DNA from: Candidatus Latescibacterota bacterium
GTDB lineage: Bacteria > Latescibacterota > UBA2968
Direction: 5' to 3'
DNA: 64,000 bases
Assembly: GCA_965116885.1 (NCBI GenBank)
Contig: OZ220741.1
Coordinates: 2,592,001-2,656,000, forward strand
The stretch's first letter is position 1. Every line of letters begins with the position of its first letter. Of the stretch, positions 27,920-37,613 are shown one piece after another. A program made the translations under genes and the position numbers. Below the pieces are notes generated by a model. That model saw only the letters and a program-made list of their open reading frames with translations. It was not told the DNA's origin and did no database searches.

Positions 27920-28870
27920 ATGGCGACGCATTGTTTTGAGGGTGTACTTGAGAGCACGTCGGTTAATATAGGATTGACACTGGGATCGGGACAAGTGTTT
28001 CGGTGGGGACGAGATGTCGATGGATGGTGGAAGGGTATTGCTTATGGCGTGGTTGTGCATCTGAGACAAATGGGAGATCAGATCGCGTATCGCGCATCGT
28101 CCGGGCAGGTGGCTACATACTGTGGTGAGATGGAGATTGATGATTTTTTGAGGTGGTATTTGAGACTGGATCACATGCCCCGGATCAGGGTGCAGCGCGA
28201 GGATACCTATTTGCGAAGGGCGAGGGATTTGTTGAAGGGGCTGCAATTTGTTCGCCAGGATCCATTCGAGTGTATTATTTCCTATGTTCTCTCGGTTCAA
28301 GCACATATGTCGTTGACCAAAAAACGGATCGGATTTGTTGCGCGAACTCTGGGTGAGAGACGCGTTTTTGAGGGCGAGATGTACTGGACATTCCCGGGTC
28401 CAGATGCACTATCTGAGTTGGATAGTGGATTTTACAGGCGCCACCGTTTTGGCTGGCGTTCGGAGCGGGTGGCTGAAACAGCGCGTTTTATCACCGAGTC
28501 AATACGCGATGGGGCGGCGGATCTGGATACCTGGCGGTGTGTTTCTGATGATTTGTACGCGCTGTCCGGCAGTGGCGTTGGTATTAAGGTGGCGCGGTGT
28601 ATTGATCTGTTCTCGCTGGATCGGCTCTATGCGGTTCCCGTTGATACCTGGGTGCGAAAATTTGCGCGAGAGTGGTATGGTGTAACGGGTTCAGACGCGA
28701 AGATATGCCAGTGGGGCGAGGCGCGATGGGGCAAGTGGGCGGGTTATTGCAATGAGTATTTGTTCGCGTATTATCGCGAGTTGTATGGGCCAACGCTGTA
28801 CGATCGGGTGCTTTCTTTTGATGCTTCTGGTGAAGCGTCAGCGGTGATGCCGTTTGAGGATGCGGGATGA
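27920..28870 (+). CDS. 8-oxoguanine DNA glycosylase (Ogg1-type HhH-GPD)
   Basis: TLGSGQVFRW, RQDPFEC, GVGIKVARC (catalytic Lys), VPVDTWV. Confidence 0.87.
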   Translation: MATHCFEGVLESTSVNIGLTLGSGQVFRWGRDVDGWWKGIAYGVVVHLRQMGDQIAYRASSGQVATYCGEMEIDDFLRWYLRLDHMPRIRVQREDTYLRRARDLLKGLQFVRQDPFECIISYVLSVQAHMSLTKKRIGFVARTLGERRVFEGEMYWTFPGPDALSELDSGFYRRHRFGWRSERVAETARFITESIRDGAADLDTWRCVSDDLYALSGSGVGIKVARCIDLFSLDRLYAVPVDTWVRKFAREWYGVTGSDAKICQWGEARWGKWAGYCNEYLFAYYRELYGPTLYDRVLSFDASGEASAVMPFEDAG

Positions 28871-28877
28871 TTGTTTT

Positions 28878-30149
28878 TTATTCTCTGTCGTATTTGGGGT
28901 TGCCAAAGCCGTCGTTGACGATGTGGGAACGCGCGGGAATTTCGGATTTGTCGGGGATGATGAGATCCAGTTCGGTGCTGTTTTCGACGATTGTGCCGTC
29001 GCCTACGCGCACGTGATCTCCCAGGATGATTTTTCCCGGGTTTCGAGAACCCGACCGCACGGTGCCGAGTACGACTGACGATGCGATTTGACAGCCCGTG
29101 CCCGTTTCGACATAGCCGTAGATGTCTGTGCCACTGCCAATCGTGGAGCGGTTGCCAATGACGACGGGACCGAGCAGGGTGGCGTCTGTGCCAATTTTTA
29201 CAAAATTGCCAATGGTGGGGTGTCGCTGCCGCGCTCTTTCTGTCAATCCGCCGAGTGTGCAGGGGTAGATGATGCACCCGTAGCCTATGATACCTGTTTG
29301 ACCAGTTGTAAGGCCGCGGTGTGGGTGTTCGAGAAAGTTGGCGTCTGCGATGGTGGTTTCCGGATGGATATCGGCTTGATAATAACGCCCGCCGAGTTCT
29401 GAGATGGCACGCGGCAAGAGGGGGATGGGCGTGCAGTCAAAATTTTCAACCTCGCCGGTTTGCGTGAGGGCATTGGCGATGTCGTGATAAAACAAGACGC
29501 GCCATCCGGGATACGCACTGGCGACGAGTTGCATCTGATATGAGAAGGCAGATTGCAGGTCTTTTTCGGCGAGAAATGTTTCGTAGAGATCAAAGGTGCG
29601 CGCTTCAATAGCTTTGTCAATGACGGGCGCAAATGTGAGGGCGGCGAGGTCGCTGTTATCCAGGTTGTGTAATTTGCGTAAATACGCATCCCACACGGCG
29701 GGGTCTTTGAGCGATGCAAAGCGGTTCCAGAGTGCGCGGGTTTTGAGCTGGGGCAGTCGAGAAATGAGCGCGAAGGCGGATTGTAGTGCCATGTCTTCTA
29801 TCGGGCCGTTTTCGCCCTGTGCAGCTTGAAGCGATTGGTAGATCATGGCGTAGAGCTGGTCGGCGATTTCTTCGATATTTTCTGTCAGGGTTGCCTGCGC
29901 GGCTTCAGACGCATTGTGGGAGCCGGGTGCGACGCATTCGAGCAGGTTGCCCAGTACGGTTTCGAGCAGATCGCGGTTGACAAAACCGCGTCCTGAACGC
30001 TGTGAGAGAATCGCGCGATTGATGGGGTCAATGCGAAGCGCAGCCAGTTCTTCTGCTGTGTAAATCGGTCGAATTTGTTCGATTACTTTTTCGAGAAGCG
30101 GGCGTTTGCGGTTTGCATACGCGGCGTCGAATAAGGTGGTGTTGTTCAA
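28878..30149 (-). CDS. Serine O-acetyltransferase (CysE)-like left-handed beta-helix protein with long N-terminal extension
   Basis: ADIHPETTI, FLEH, CTLGG...RHPTIG, hexapeptide repeats; TTG start. Confidence 0.6.
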   Translation of the reverse strand: MNNTTLFDAAYANRKRPLLEKVIEQIRPIYTAEELAALRIDPINRAILSQRSGRGFVNRDLLETVLGNLLECVAPGSHNASEAAQATLTENIEEIADQLYAMIYQSLQAAQGENGPIEDMALQSAFALISRLPQLKTRALWNRFASLKDPAVWDAYLRKLHNLDNSDLAALTFAPVIDKAIEARTFDLYETFLAEKDLQSAFSYQMQLVASAYPGWRVLFYHDIANALTQTGEVENFDCTPIPLLPRAISELGGRYYQADIHPETTIADANFLEHPHRGLTTGQTGIIGYGCIIYPCTLGGLTERARQRHPTIGNFVKIGTDATLLGPVVIGNRSTIGSGTDIYGYVETGTGCQIASSVVLGTVRSGSRNPGKIILGDHVRVGDGTIVENSTELDLIIPDKSEIPARSHIVNDGFGNPKYDRE

Positions 30150-30176
30150 AAAAAATTCCTTTGTGATTCTGTTTGT

Positions 30177-30980
30177 TCAACTTCCGGTGGAGCGATAATG
30201 GCGCACGCCGATTTTCCATATCTGGAGGGCGATAATGAGAAATATAACGCAAATCAGGGGCGCGCTCCACTGTAAGGCGACGGGAAATCCCAGGGGGTCG
30301 CCTCGTTCGAGAATTGCCAGTGCCGGTAAGTAATTTACACACGCAAGGGGTACGATGTAAGTAAAAAATTTGCGAAACCAGATGCGGTAGATGGGTAAGG
30401 GATACTGTGCGGTCTCTACACCACCGTAAGTCATGGTGTTCATGAGTTCGAGAGATTCGGTGGTCCAAAACGCAATGGTGGCTTGAATGACCATGAGGCC
30501 GATGAAGAGGCAAGCACCTCCAAATATGGCGGTGAAGACGAGATAGATTTTTGGCACTGACCAGGCGATGTCGAGGGTGTAGCTTGCCCAGGAGAAGACT
30601 GCGATGCCCTGAAGCAGGCGACCGACGCGGCGGAGGGTGAGTTCATGGCCTGCGAGTTGCAGGGCGGTGCTGCGGGGACGAAGGAGGAGGCGGTCGAAGT
30701 CGCCGCTTTTGACCATGGTGCCGAATATGTCGAAGCCGCGCGAGGCAGCGTCGGCAAAAGCGAAGGAGATGTTGATGAGGCCGTAGAGAAAGGCTACTTC
30801 GGGGAGCGCCCAGCCCTGAATGTGTTTGAATCGCGCGAAGAGGGAGGCAATGGCGAGAAATTCGACGCCGGTTGTGAGGAAATGTCCAAAGGAGAGCATG
30901 ATGAATGACGCGCGATATTGCATTTGGCTGCGGACAGATTGGCTGAGATAGTGCATGTAGAGGCGAAGCGCGTTGGTCAT
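30177..30980 (-). CDS. ABC-2 family permease (DUF990 type)
   Basis: MQYRASF, GDFDRLLLRP, QYPLPIY motifs, multiple TMs. Confidence 0.88.
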   Translation of the reverse strand: MTNALRLYMHYLSQSVRSQMQYRASFIMLSFGHFLTTGVEFLAIASLFARFKHIQGWALPEVAFLYGLINISFAFADAASRGFDIFGTMVKSGDFDRLLLRPRSTALQLAGHELTLRRVGRLLQGIAVFSWASYTLDIAWSVPKIYLVFTAIFGGACLFIGLMVIQATIAFWTTESLELMNTMTYGGVETAQYPLPIYRIWFRKFFTYIVPLACVNYLPALAILERGDPLGFPVALQWSAPLICVIFLIIALQIWKIGVRHYRSTGS

Positions 30981-30984
30981 CGGA

Positions 30985-31828
30985 TTATCCTCCTTGCGCG
31001 ACGAGGCGGCGAATACCGCGGGTGAGGATGAGGTGTCCGGCTGTGATCAGCGCAATCAGATAGGCGATTTGAAACGGCAGGTGATACCAGATTTGTTCCG
31101 GTGAGATATGGCCCATGTAGAAGCGGAAGGGGATATCCATGAGATATCGAAATGGGAGGATGTTGATGGCTGTCTGTGCCCAGTCGGGGAAAAAGAGCAA
31201 GGGGATAATAATGCCGCTGAAGAGCCAGGTCAGACTGCTCAGGAGTACGCCCAGGCCCTCGCCAGATATGGTCCACAAGAGGGCAATGGTCAGGAGATTG
31301 GTGATGGCTGCGCTGATGAGGACGGCAAAGAGCATCGATACGAGCCAGGCACCTGTAGCCGGGATATTGGGGGGCATTTGCAGGTTGAAGAAAAGACTGG
31401 CTGTGATGAACATGGGGAGAGCGCGGAAGACACCGGGCGCGGTGCGTTGCGCTATGGCGCGGCTGTACCAGAAGAAATGAAGACAGGCTTGGCGCGGCTG
31501 CCGGGCGCACGAGTTCATAGACGACATTGCCCGAACGCACCATGGCGCGCACGTCGGGGTCGGCACCCTGGTAGGGGATGAGAACGAGAAATGCTTGGCC
31601 GAGCCATATATAGGTGATGACTTCATCGGCGGTCATGGGTTGGGGGGCGGTGGTTGATCTGTAGAAGGCTTCAAAGATCATGACGCGGATGAGGCCCCAG
31701 AAGAGTTGGGTGCCGAATCCCGCGAATGCCGCGGCGCGGTATTGCAAGAGGGTGCGAAATCTGGCGGAGAGGACGGCTATGTACGGTTTGATGGCCAGCG
31801 ATGATGTGAGGTTAGCGATTTTCGGCAT
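30985..31828 (-). pseudogene. ABC-2 family permease interrupted by a frameshift
   Basis: N-half (LQYRAA...GNVVYELVRP) in one frame and C-half (HFFWYSRA...VAQGG) in another; apparent 13-bp insertion at 31488-31500. Confidence 0.82.
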
Positions 31829-32810
31829 AGAGGCGTGAGATGATTTCTTCGATGGGGGTGTTTTCGACAAAGAGGTCGCGCACGGGGTGCTGCGCGGTGA
31901 TGCGGGCGATTAAATCGGCCGTGGCAATGCGGTCGGGATCAAATGTGACGCGGTCGGGGTCAAATGTGAGGTGTACGCGGTGTCCGTCGCGCAATACGAC
32001 AGATGCGTCGGGGTCGGTGATGTCTTCCGTGCCTTCGAGATCGACGATGAGGCGGCGCTCTGTTGTGACGCGGGCGCGAAGGTTTTCGAGCGGGCCGTCG
32101 GATAGTATCTGGCCTTGTCCGATGACCATTACCCGCGTGCAGAGGGCTTCGATGTCGTCCAGATCGTGGGTGGTGAGGATGACGGTGACATCGCGTTCCT
32201 GGTTGAGGCGTTTGATGAAGTCGCGCACGGCGAGTTTGGAGACGACGTCGAGGCCAATGGTCGGTTCGTCTAAGAAGAGGATTGATGGCCGGTGAATGAG
32301 GGCAGCGGCGAGGTCACAGCGCATACGCTGGCCCAGGCTGAGTTGGCGCACGGGTATGTCGAGTAGCGATTCGAGGTCGAGAATGGCGATCATTTCATCG
32401 CGGGTTTGCGCGTATTGGTGATGATCGACGCGATAGATGTCGCGGAGCAGGTCAAAAGATTCGATGACGGGCAGGTCCCACCACAATTGCGTGCGCTGCC
32501 CAAAGACCACGCCGATTTGTGCGACGTGGGCGATGCGTTCTTTCCAGGGCACACGGCCGAGGATTTCACAGCGGCCAGAATCGGGTACGAGGATGCCGGA
32601 CAAAACTTTGACGGTGGTGGATTTGCCCGCGCCATTGGGGCCGATGTAACCGATGAGTTCACCGGGTTCAATGGCGAAGGAGATGCCGTTGAGGGCTGTT
32701 ATCTGGCGGTAGTTGCGGTGCATGACGCCGCGCAGAGCACCCCACACACCGGGCTGGCGTTGGGCGATTTGGAAGGTTTTGACGAGGTTTTCGATAATGA
32801 TGTGGGGCAT
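31812..32810 (-). CDS. ABC transporter ATP-binding protein
   Basis: GPNGAGKST, LSLGQRMR, LDEPTIGLD, LTTH. Confidence 0.95.
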   Translation of the reverse strand: MPHIIIENLVKTFQIAQRQPGVWGALRGVMHRNYRQITALNGISFAIEPGELIGYIGPNGAGKSTTVKVLSGILVPDSGRCEILGRVPWKERIAHVAQIGVVFGQRTQLWWDLPVIESFDLLRDIYRVDHHQYAQTRDEMIAILDLESLLDIPVRQLSLGQRMRCDLAAALIHRPSILFLDEPTIGLDVVSKLAVRDFIKRLNQERDVTVILTTHDLDDIEALCTRVMVIGQGQILSDGPLENLRARVTTERRLIVDLEGTEDITDPDASVVLRDGHRVHLTFDPDRVTFDPDRIATADLIARITAQHPVRDLFVENTPIEEIISRLYAENR

Positions 32811-32928
32811 GGCGCAATGTACAGGGTTTACATTTCTTCGTGTTTATTAGACGGGTATCTCGGCGGGTGTGTTTTGATTTGTGGGAATTTTTTTAACTGG
32901 ACGAATCCCGCGAGATGTGGTTTTGCAT

Positions 32929-32972
32929 AAAAATATAGCGTGCCCGATTCGTACATAAAGAATCGGGCACGC
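32929..32972 (-). terminator. Terminator downstream of suf/nfuA operon
   Basis: GCGTGCCCGATTC-9nt-GAATCGGGCACGC perfect 13-bp stem with A/T-rich flank. Confidence 0.75.
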
Positions 32973-32999
32973 GCTTTTGTAGAGATGGAATCCAGATCT

Positions 33000-33584
33000 T
33001 TACTGCGTGGTCTGGTAATACGGGTTGGTGCCTTCGGCGTGGTCTGTGATATCGCGGATGTTTGCGATTTCGGGAACAGCTTCTTTGATCATGACTTCCA
33101 CGCCCTGTTTGAGGGTGACATCGACCATCCCACAGCCCTGACATCCGCCGCCAAATTGGAGAAAGGCCGTGTCTTCTTTCACATCGACCAGTGATACGTG
33201 ACCGCCGTGTGCGGCAATGCCCGGGTTGATTTTTTCGTCGATTACCATTTGGATTTTTTCAGCCACACTGCCTTTGAGGTGCGGGGGCACTTTGTGTGGG
33301 TTGTCAATTTTGAAGCCGCGTCCCATCAGGCCATCGACAAAGTCGAGCGTGATGTCCTGGGTATAAGGCACGCTGTTTTCGTCAATGTAAATGTTGAAGC
33401 CGTCGTATGGTATTGTGGTGTCGCGGTCGTTGTCCTGTCCTTCGGCAACAAATGCGAGGCGGTAGTTGGCCTGTAAGGGCGATGTTGCTTCGGCGGTGAT
33501 GCGCACGCCTGTGATCACCTGTTCTTGATCGTTTATTAAGCGGGTGATTTCTGTTTGTGCAACGTCTGTGACGGTGATTTCCAT
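33000..33584 (-). CDS. nfuA: Fe-S biogenesis protein NfuA (degenerate A-type domain + Nfu domain)
   Basis: INPGIAAHGG, GGGCQGC, TLKQGVE, DITDH...NPYY. Confidence 0.9.
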   Translation of the reverse strand: MEITVTDVAQTEITRLINDQEQVITGVRITAEATSPLQANYRLAFVAEGQDNDRDTTIPYDGFNIYIDENSVPYTQDITLDFVDGLMGRGFKIDNPHKVPPHLKGSVAEKIQMVIDEKINPGIAAHGGHVSLVDVKEDTAFLQFGGGCQGCGMVDVTLKQGVEVMIKEAVPEIANIRDITDHAEGTNPYYQTTQ

Positions 33585-33603
33585 GAATTTTCTCCTATGT
33601 CAA

Positions 33604-34086
33604 TTACGGCATTGTGACTTGTAAGAGTTCGTCTGCTTTGTGCGCGAGATGATTTTCGAGCTGGTGCCCATCTCCCATCAGGTCTTGCAATGTAATGCGG
33701 TCAAGCATCTGGTCAACCACAAATTGGATGGCGTTCCAGAGGGAGCGAATTGAGCAATCGACAGAATGTGTGCAGCAGGCTTCATAGCCGGTGTGTTCGT
33801 CGCAAAAGTCTTCGTTGAAGAACGGGTCACCGAGGGCACCGAGTACATCGGAGATCAGGATTTCACTGGCGGGACGAGCCAATTTGTATCCGCCGGTTTG
33901 ACCGCGCACGCTTTCGACGAGGTTGCCCAGGCGCAAGAGGCGGACGAGTTTGCCGACATGGGCGGTGGATAATCCTTCGGCGCGGCTGATTTCGGGAATC
34001 GAAATGCTGCCACCTGTTTCAGATGCACGCTGTGCTACTTGCATGAGACAGCGAAGGCCGTATTCTTCTTGTGTGCTCAATTTCAT
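33604..34086 (-). CDS. Rrf2 family transcriptional regulator with Cys-rich Fe-S motif
   Basis: EEYGLRCL, VESVRGQTGGYKLAR, FC...CCTHSVDC. Confidence 0.92.
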   Translation of the reverse strand: MKLSTQEEYGLRCLMQVAQRASETGGSISIPEISRAEGLSTAHVGKLVRLLRLGNLVESVRGQTGGYKLARPASEILISDVLGALGDPFFNEDFCDEHTGYEACCTHSVDCSIRSLWNAIQFVVDQMLDRITLQDLMGDGHQLENHLAHKADELLQVTMP

Positions 34087-34114
34087 AAAAGAACCTTTTC
34101 AGTGAGAGGCATTG

Positions 34115-34555
34115 TCAAAACATGCCCAATTCGAGTTTGGCCGCTTCTGACATGCGTTCTGGCGTCCAGGGAGGGTCGAATACGAGATCGAGTTTGACAT
34201 CGTAAACGCCTTCGACCGATCGGGCTGCAGATTCGATCTGTCCGGGCAAAATACCCGCGGCGGGGCAATTGGGCGCTGTGAGTGTCATTTGAACATAGGT
34301 ATTGCCGTCTTCTTCCACTTTGATCTCGTAGATGAGGCCCAGTTCGTAAATGTCAACGGGGATTTCTGGATCATATACTGTTTTGAGTGCTTTTACGATT
34401 TCTTTTTTTACGGCTTCGGTGTCGATGGGGCCTTCTGGCGGAGATTTTTCCGCGGGTGTTTCCGGCGTTTCAATATCGTGAACTTCTTCAGTATGGTCGG
34501 AATCATCGTTGGACTGTGCGTCTGTGTCTTTGCGGAAGATGTTCAGGAGGCTCAT
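34115..34555 (-). CDS. sufT: SUF Fe-S assembly protein, DUF59/SufT family
   Basis: DPEIPVDIYELGL, TLTAPNCP, DPPW. Confidence 0.88.
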   Translation of the reverse strand: MSLLNIFRKDTDAQSNDDSDHTEEVHDIETPETPAEKSPPEGPIDTEAVKKEIVKALKTVYDPEIPVDIYELGLIYEIKVEEDGNTYVQMTLTAPNCPAAGILPGQIESAARSVEGVYDVKLDLVFDPPWTPERMSEAAKLELGMF

Positions 34556-34558
34556 GTG

Positions 34559-35011
34559 TTATCTCTCTGTTGTTATAGGCGTTTGGACATTGTCTATGGC
34601 TGCCCGAAGCGCGTGCCACGATAGGGTCGCGCATTTGATACGGGTGGGATAGTCGCGCACGCCGGCAAAAACGAATAATTTGCCCATCTGATCGAGGCCG
34701 AGATTGCTGGATGGGTCGGTGAGCATCGCTTGAAAGTCTTTGAAATAGGTTTCTGTTTCACCGAGGGTTTTGCCTTTGATGGTTTCGGTCATTAAAGAAG
34801 CCGATGCTTTGGAAATGGCGCAGCCCGAACCCTGAAAGCCGATGTCTTTTATGCGGTCGCCGTGGAGTTGAAGATAAACTTCCACTTTATCGCCGCACAG
34901 TGGATTATAGCCTTTGGCAAAGCGGTCTGCTGGATCGAGTACGCGAAAATTTCTGGGGTTTTTGTTGTGATCCAGAATGAGTTGCTGATAGAGTTCGCGC
35001 AAATCTGACAT
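34559..35011 (-). CDS. sufU: SUF system NifU-family protein
   Basis: NPLCGD, GCAISKAS, RIKCATL. Confidence 0.93.
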   Translation of the reverse strand: MSDLRELYQQLILDHNKNPRNFRVLDPADRFAKGYNPLCGDKVEVYLQLHGDRIKDIGFQGSGCAISKASASLMTETIKGKTLGETETYFKDFQAMLTDPSSNLGLDQMGKLFVFAGVRDYPTRIKCATLSWHALRAAIDNVQTPITTER

Positions 35012-36291
35012 CAGCCAAAAATCTTTCGCACGGTGTGAAGGCCAGAGACCAGCGCGTCAATGTCTTCACGCGTGTTGTAAAGTGCCAGGGAAGCGCGCGT
35101 TGCTGCGGGTATGTCGTAGTGTTTCATAATGGGTTGCGCGCAGTGGTGCCCGGCGCGAACGGCGACGCCGGCCTGGTCGAGAATGGTGCCCACATCGTGG
35201 GGATGAATATCGGCGAGGGTAAATGAGAGCACGCCTACTTTGCGCTCGGCTGTGCCGATCAGGTTGAGGTCCGGCACGTCGCGCAGTGCGTCGTGTGCGT
35301 ATTCCAGCAGATTGGCTTCGTATTTTGCCGCGCCATCAAAGTCGATACTGTTGAGGTAATCAATGGCGACACCCAGGCCAATACTGCCCGCGATATTGGG
35401 CGTTCCCGCTTCAAATTTGTTGGGCAAGTTTCCATACGTGATATTGTCGAAGTCAACGTTTTGGATCATGCTGCCGCCACCCTGGTAGGGCGGCATGGTG
35501 TCGAGATATGTTTCGCAGCCATACAGGACGCCAATGCCCGTGGGTGCAAACATTTTGTGTCCCGAGAAGGTGTAGAACTCGCAGCCGAGGGCGCGGACAT
35601 CCACGCGCTGATGGGGCACGGCTTGTGCGCCGTCGATATGTACGGGCACGCCGTGTGCGTGCGCGATTTGCACGATTTCTTCTACGGGATTGACTGTGCC
35701 GAGCACATTGGAAATGTGTACGATGGAGACGAGTTTTGTGTGCGGGGAGAATAGGGTTTGATAGGTGTCCATGCAGAGTTCGCCCCGGTCGTTCATGGGG
35801 ATGACGCGCAGTTTGGCTCCCTTTTCCCGGCAGAGCATCCACCAGGGGACGATGTTGGAATGGTGCTCCATTTCGGTGATGATGATTTCATCGCCCTCGC
35901 CGATTTGCTCGCGCCCAAAGGTCTGAGCAATGAGGTTGATGCCTTCAGTGGTTCCGCGCACAAAGATGATTTCTCTATCTGTGGCCGCGTTGATAAAGGT
36001 CGCCACCTTTCTTCTGGCGGCTTCATAAACATCGGTCGCTATTTGCGAGAGGTGGTGTACGCCTCTGTGTACATTGGCATTCTGGTCGGTGTAATAATGC
36101 GAGAGGGCATCGATGACTGCGCGGGGTTTTTGCGATGTGGCGCCATTGTCGAGGTACACGAGCGGTTGACCCTGGACTTGTTGGCCCAAAATGGGGAAGT
36201 CCGCGCGAATGCGGCGCACGTCAAAAGGCAGTGCCGGGCGCACGGCTGGCTCGGGCGGTTGGAGCGTTAATATGTCCAGAGGCGAATTCAT
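35011..36291 (-). CDS. sufS: Cysteine desulfurase
   Basis: YLDNGATSQKP, EHHSN, SGHKM, RAGHHCA. Confidence 0.96.
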   Translation of the reverse strand: MNSPLDILTLQPPEPAVRPALPFDVRRIRADFPILGQQVQGQPLVYLDNGATSQKPRAVIDALSHYYTDQNANVHRGVHHLSQIATDVYEAARRKVATFINAATDREIIFVRGTTEGINLIAQTFGREQIGEGDEIIITEMEHHSNIVPWWMLCREKGAKLRVIPMNDRGELCMDTYQTLFSPHTKLVSIVHISNVLGTVNPVEEIVQIAHAHGVPVHIDGAQAVPHQRVDVRALGCEFYTFSGHKMFAPTGIGVLYGCETYLDTMPPYQGGGSMIQNVDFDNITYGNLPNKFEAGTPNIAGSIGLGVAIDYLNSIDFDGAAKYEANLLEYAHDALRDVPDLNLIGTAERKVGVLSFTLADIHPHDVGTILDQAGVAVRAGHHCAQPIMKHYDIPAATRASLALYNTREDIDALVSGLHTVRKIFG

Positions 36292-37613
36292 GCCGTGTCC
36301 TTTGCATCGATGTGTTCGAGGCGAGTGTCGATTAAGTCGCTCAGGTGTGACCGCACGGGGGCGAGGGTCACGCGCCCGATAATATCATCGGCAAAAGCGC
36401 GGAGTAAAATGTGCTTTGCCTCGGCTTTGGGAATGCCGCGCGCTTGCAGGTAAAAGAGCGCGTTTTCGTCGAGTTGGCCTATTGTTGCGCCATGCGAGCA
36501 TTTGACTTCGTCGGCGTAGATTTCGAGCTGGGGTTTGGTGTTGACGCGCGCGTTGTCCGAAAGCAGAATATTTTCGTTTTGCTGGTAGGCATCTGTGTGT
36601 TGCGCTTTTTGATGGACGTGAATTTTTCCCCGAAAAATCGCGCGAGAAGATCCTCCCAGAATTCCTTTGTAGAGTTCGTGGCTGGGGCAATGGGGTTCGG
36701 CGTGCTCAAGCAGGGTATAATTATCGACGTGTTGGGATCCTTCGAGGGCATAAAATCCATTGACGGTGGCTTCGCTGCCTTCGCCGCGCAGGTACGCGCT
36801 TACGTCGTTGCGAACAAATGCCCCGCCGAGTGTAAAATCGTGAAAGGTCATCCTGCTGCTGCGCCCGAGTTGTGCCTGAAAATTGGCGACGTGCAAACCC
36901 GCTGTGCCCTGCAATTCGAGGCGGATACAATTCACGCTGGCATTGTCGCGGGCGATAATTTCTGTGACTGCATTGGTGAGATAAGTCTCTGTGCCCGTTC
37001 CCGCATAGGTTTCAACAATTGAGAGCTGGCTGTTCTCATCCGCGATGATCAGGTTGCGCGGATGAGATATTGTGGGGGTTTCTGACGCCGTTGTGATAAA
37101 GAGGATATGTACGGGGACTTCTACTGCGACATTGCGCTGAACATGGATGAATACGCCATCGCGCATGAATGCTGTGTTGAGGGCGGTGAAGGCCAAATCT
37201 GCGGTTTGTGCGAGTTTGCCCAGATGCGCTTTGACGAGTGGATGGTCGTAAACATCGGCGAGGTTGGCGATGGTTATGCCTTCTGGTATGTCAGATGTGT
37301 GTTCTGGCGCGTAATGCCCATTGACGAATACGAGGCGGATGCCTTGCAGGTCGGGATAGATGAAGGGTGCCAGTTCTGCATCTGCAAGGGCGGCAGGGGG
37401 GGCAGGTCCATAATCGAGTCTGGTGAGCGCAGATGGATTCACGCTTTTCCAGGCTTCATCTGCGGTGGTGGGATATCCCAGGCGGTTAAAGTCGGCTATT
37501 GCGCGTTGGCGCAATGCGCGCAGTGGCTGACCATTGAGGCTGGATTCAAATTTTTGAATCCAGGATGTGTGATTAGACGCTGTGTGTCGCGTGTTCTTCT
37601 TTGATCCAGTCAT
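36288..37613 (-). CDS. sufD: Fe-S cluster assembly protein SufD
   Basis: PQLEIYADEVKCSHGAT, FYLQARGI; start reassigned to ATG at 37613. Confidence 0.93.
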   Translation of the reverse strand: MTGSKKNTRHTASNHTSWIQKFESSLNGQPLRALRQRAIADFNRLGYPTTADEAWKSVNPSALTRLDYGPAPPAALADAELAPFIYPDLQGIRLVFVNGHYAPEHTSDIPEGITIANLADVYDHPLVKAHLGKLAQTADLAFTALNTAFMRDGVFIHVQRNVAVEVPVHILFITTASETPTISHPRNLIIADENSQLSIVETYAGTGTETYLTNAVTEIIARDNASVNCIRLELQGTAGLHVANFQAQLGRSSRMTFHDFTLGGAFVRNDVSAYLRGEGSEATVNGFYALEGSQHVDNYTLLEHAEPHCPSHELYKGILGGSSRAIFRGKIHVHQKAQHTDAYQQNENILLSDNARVNTKPQLEIYADEVKCSHGATIGQLDENALFYLQARGIPKAEAKHILLRAFADDIIGRVTLAPVRSHLSDLIDTRLEHIDAKDTA

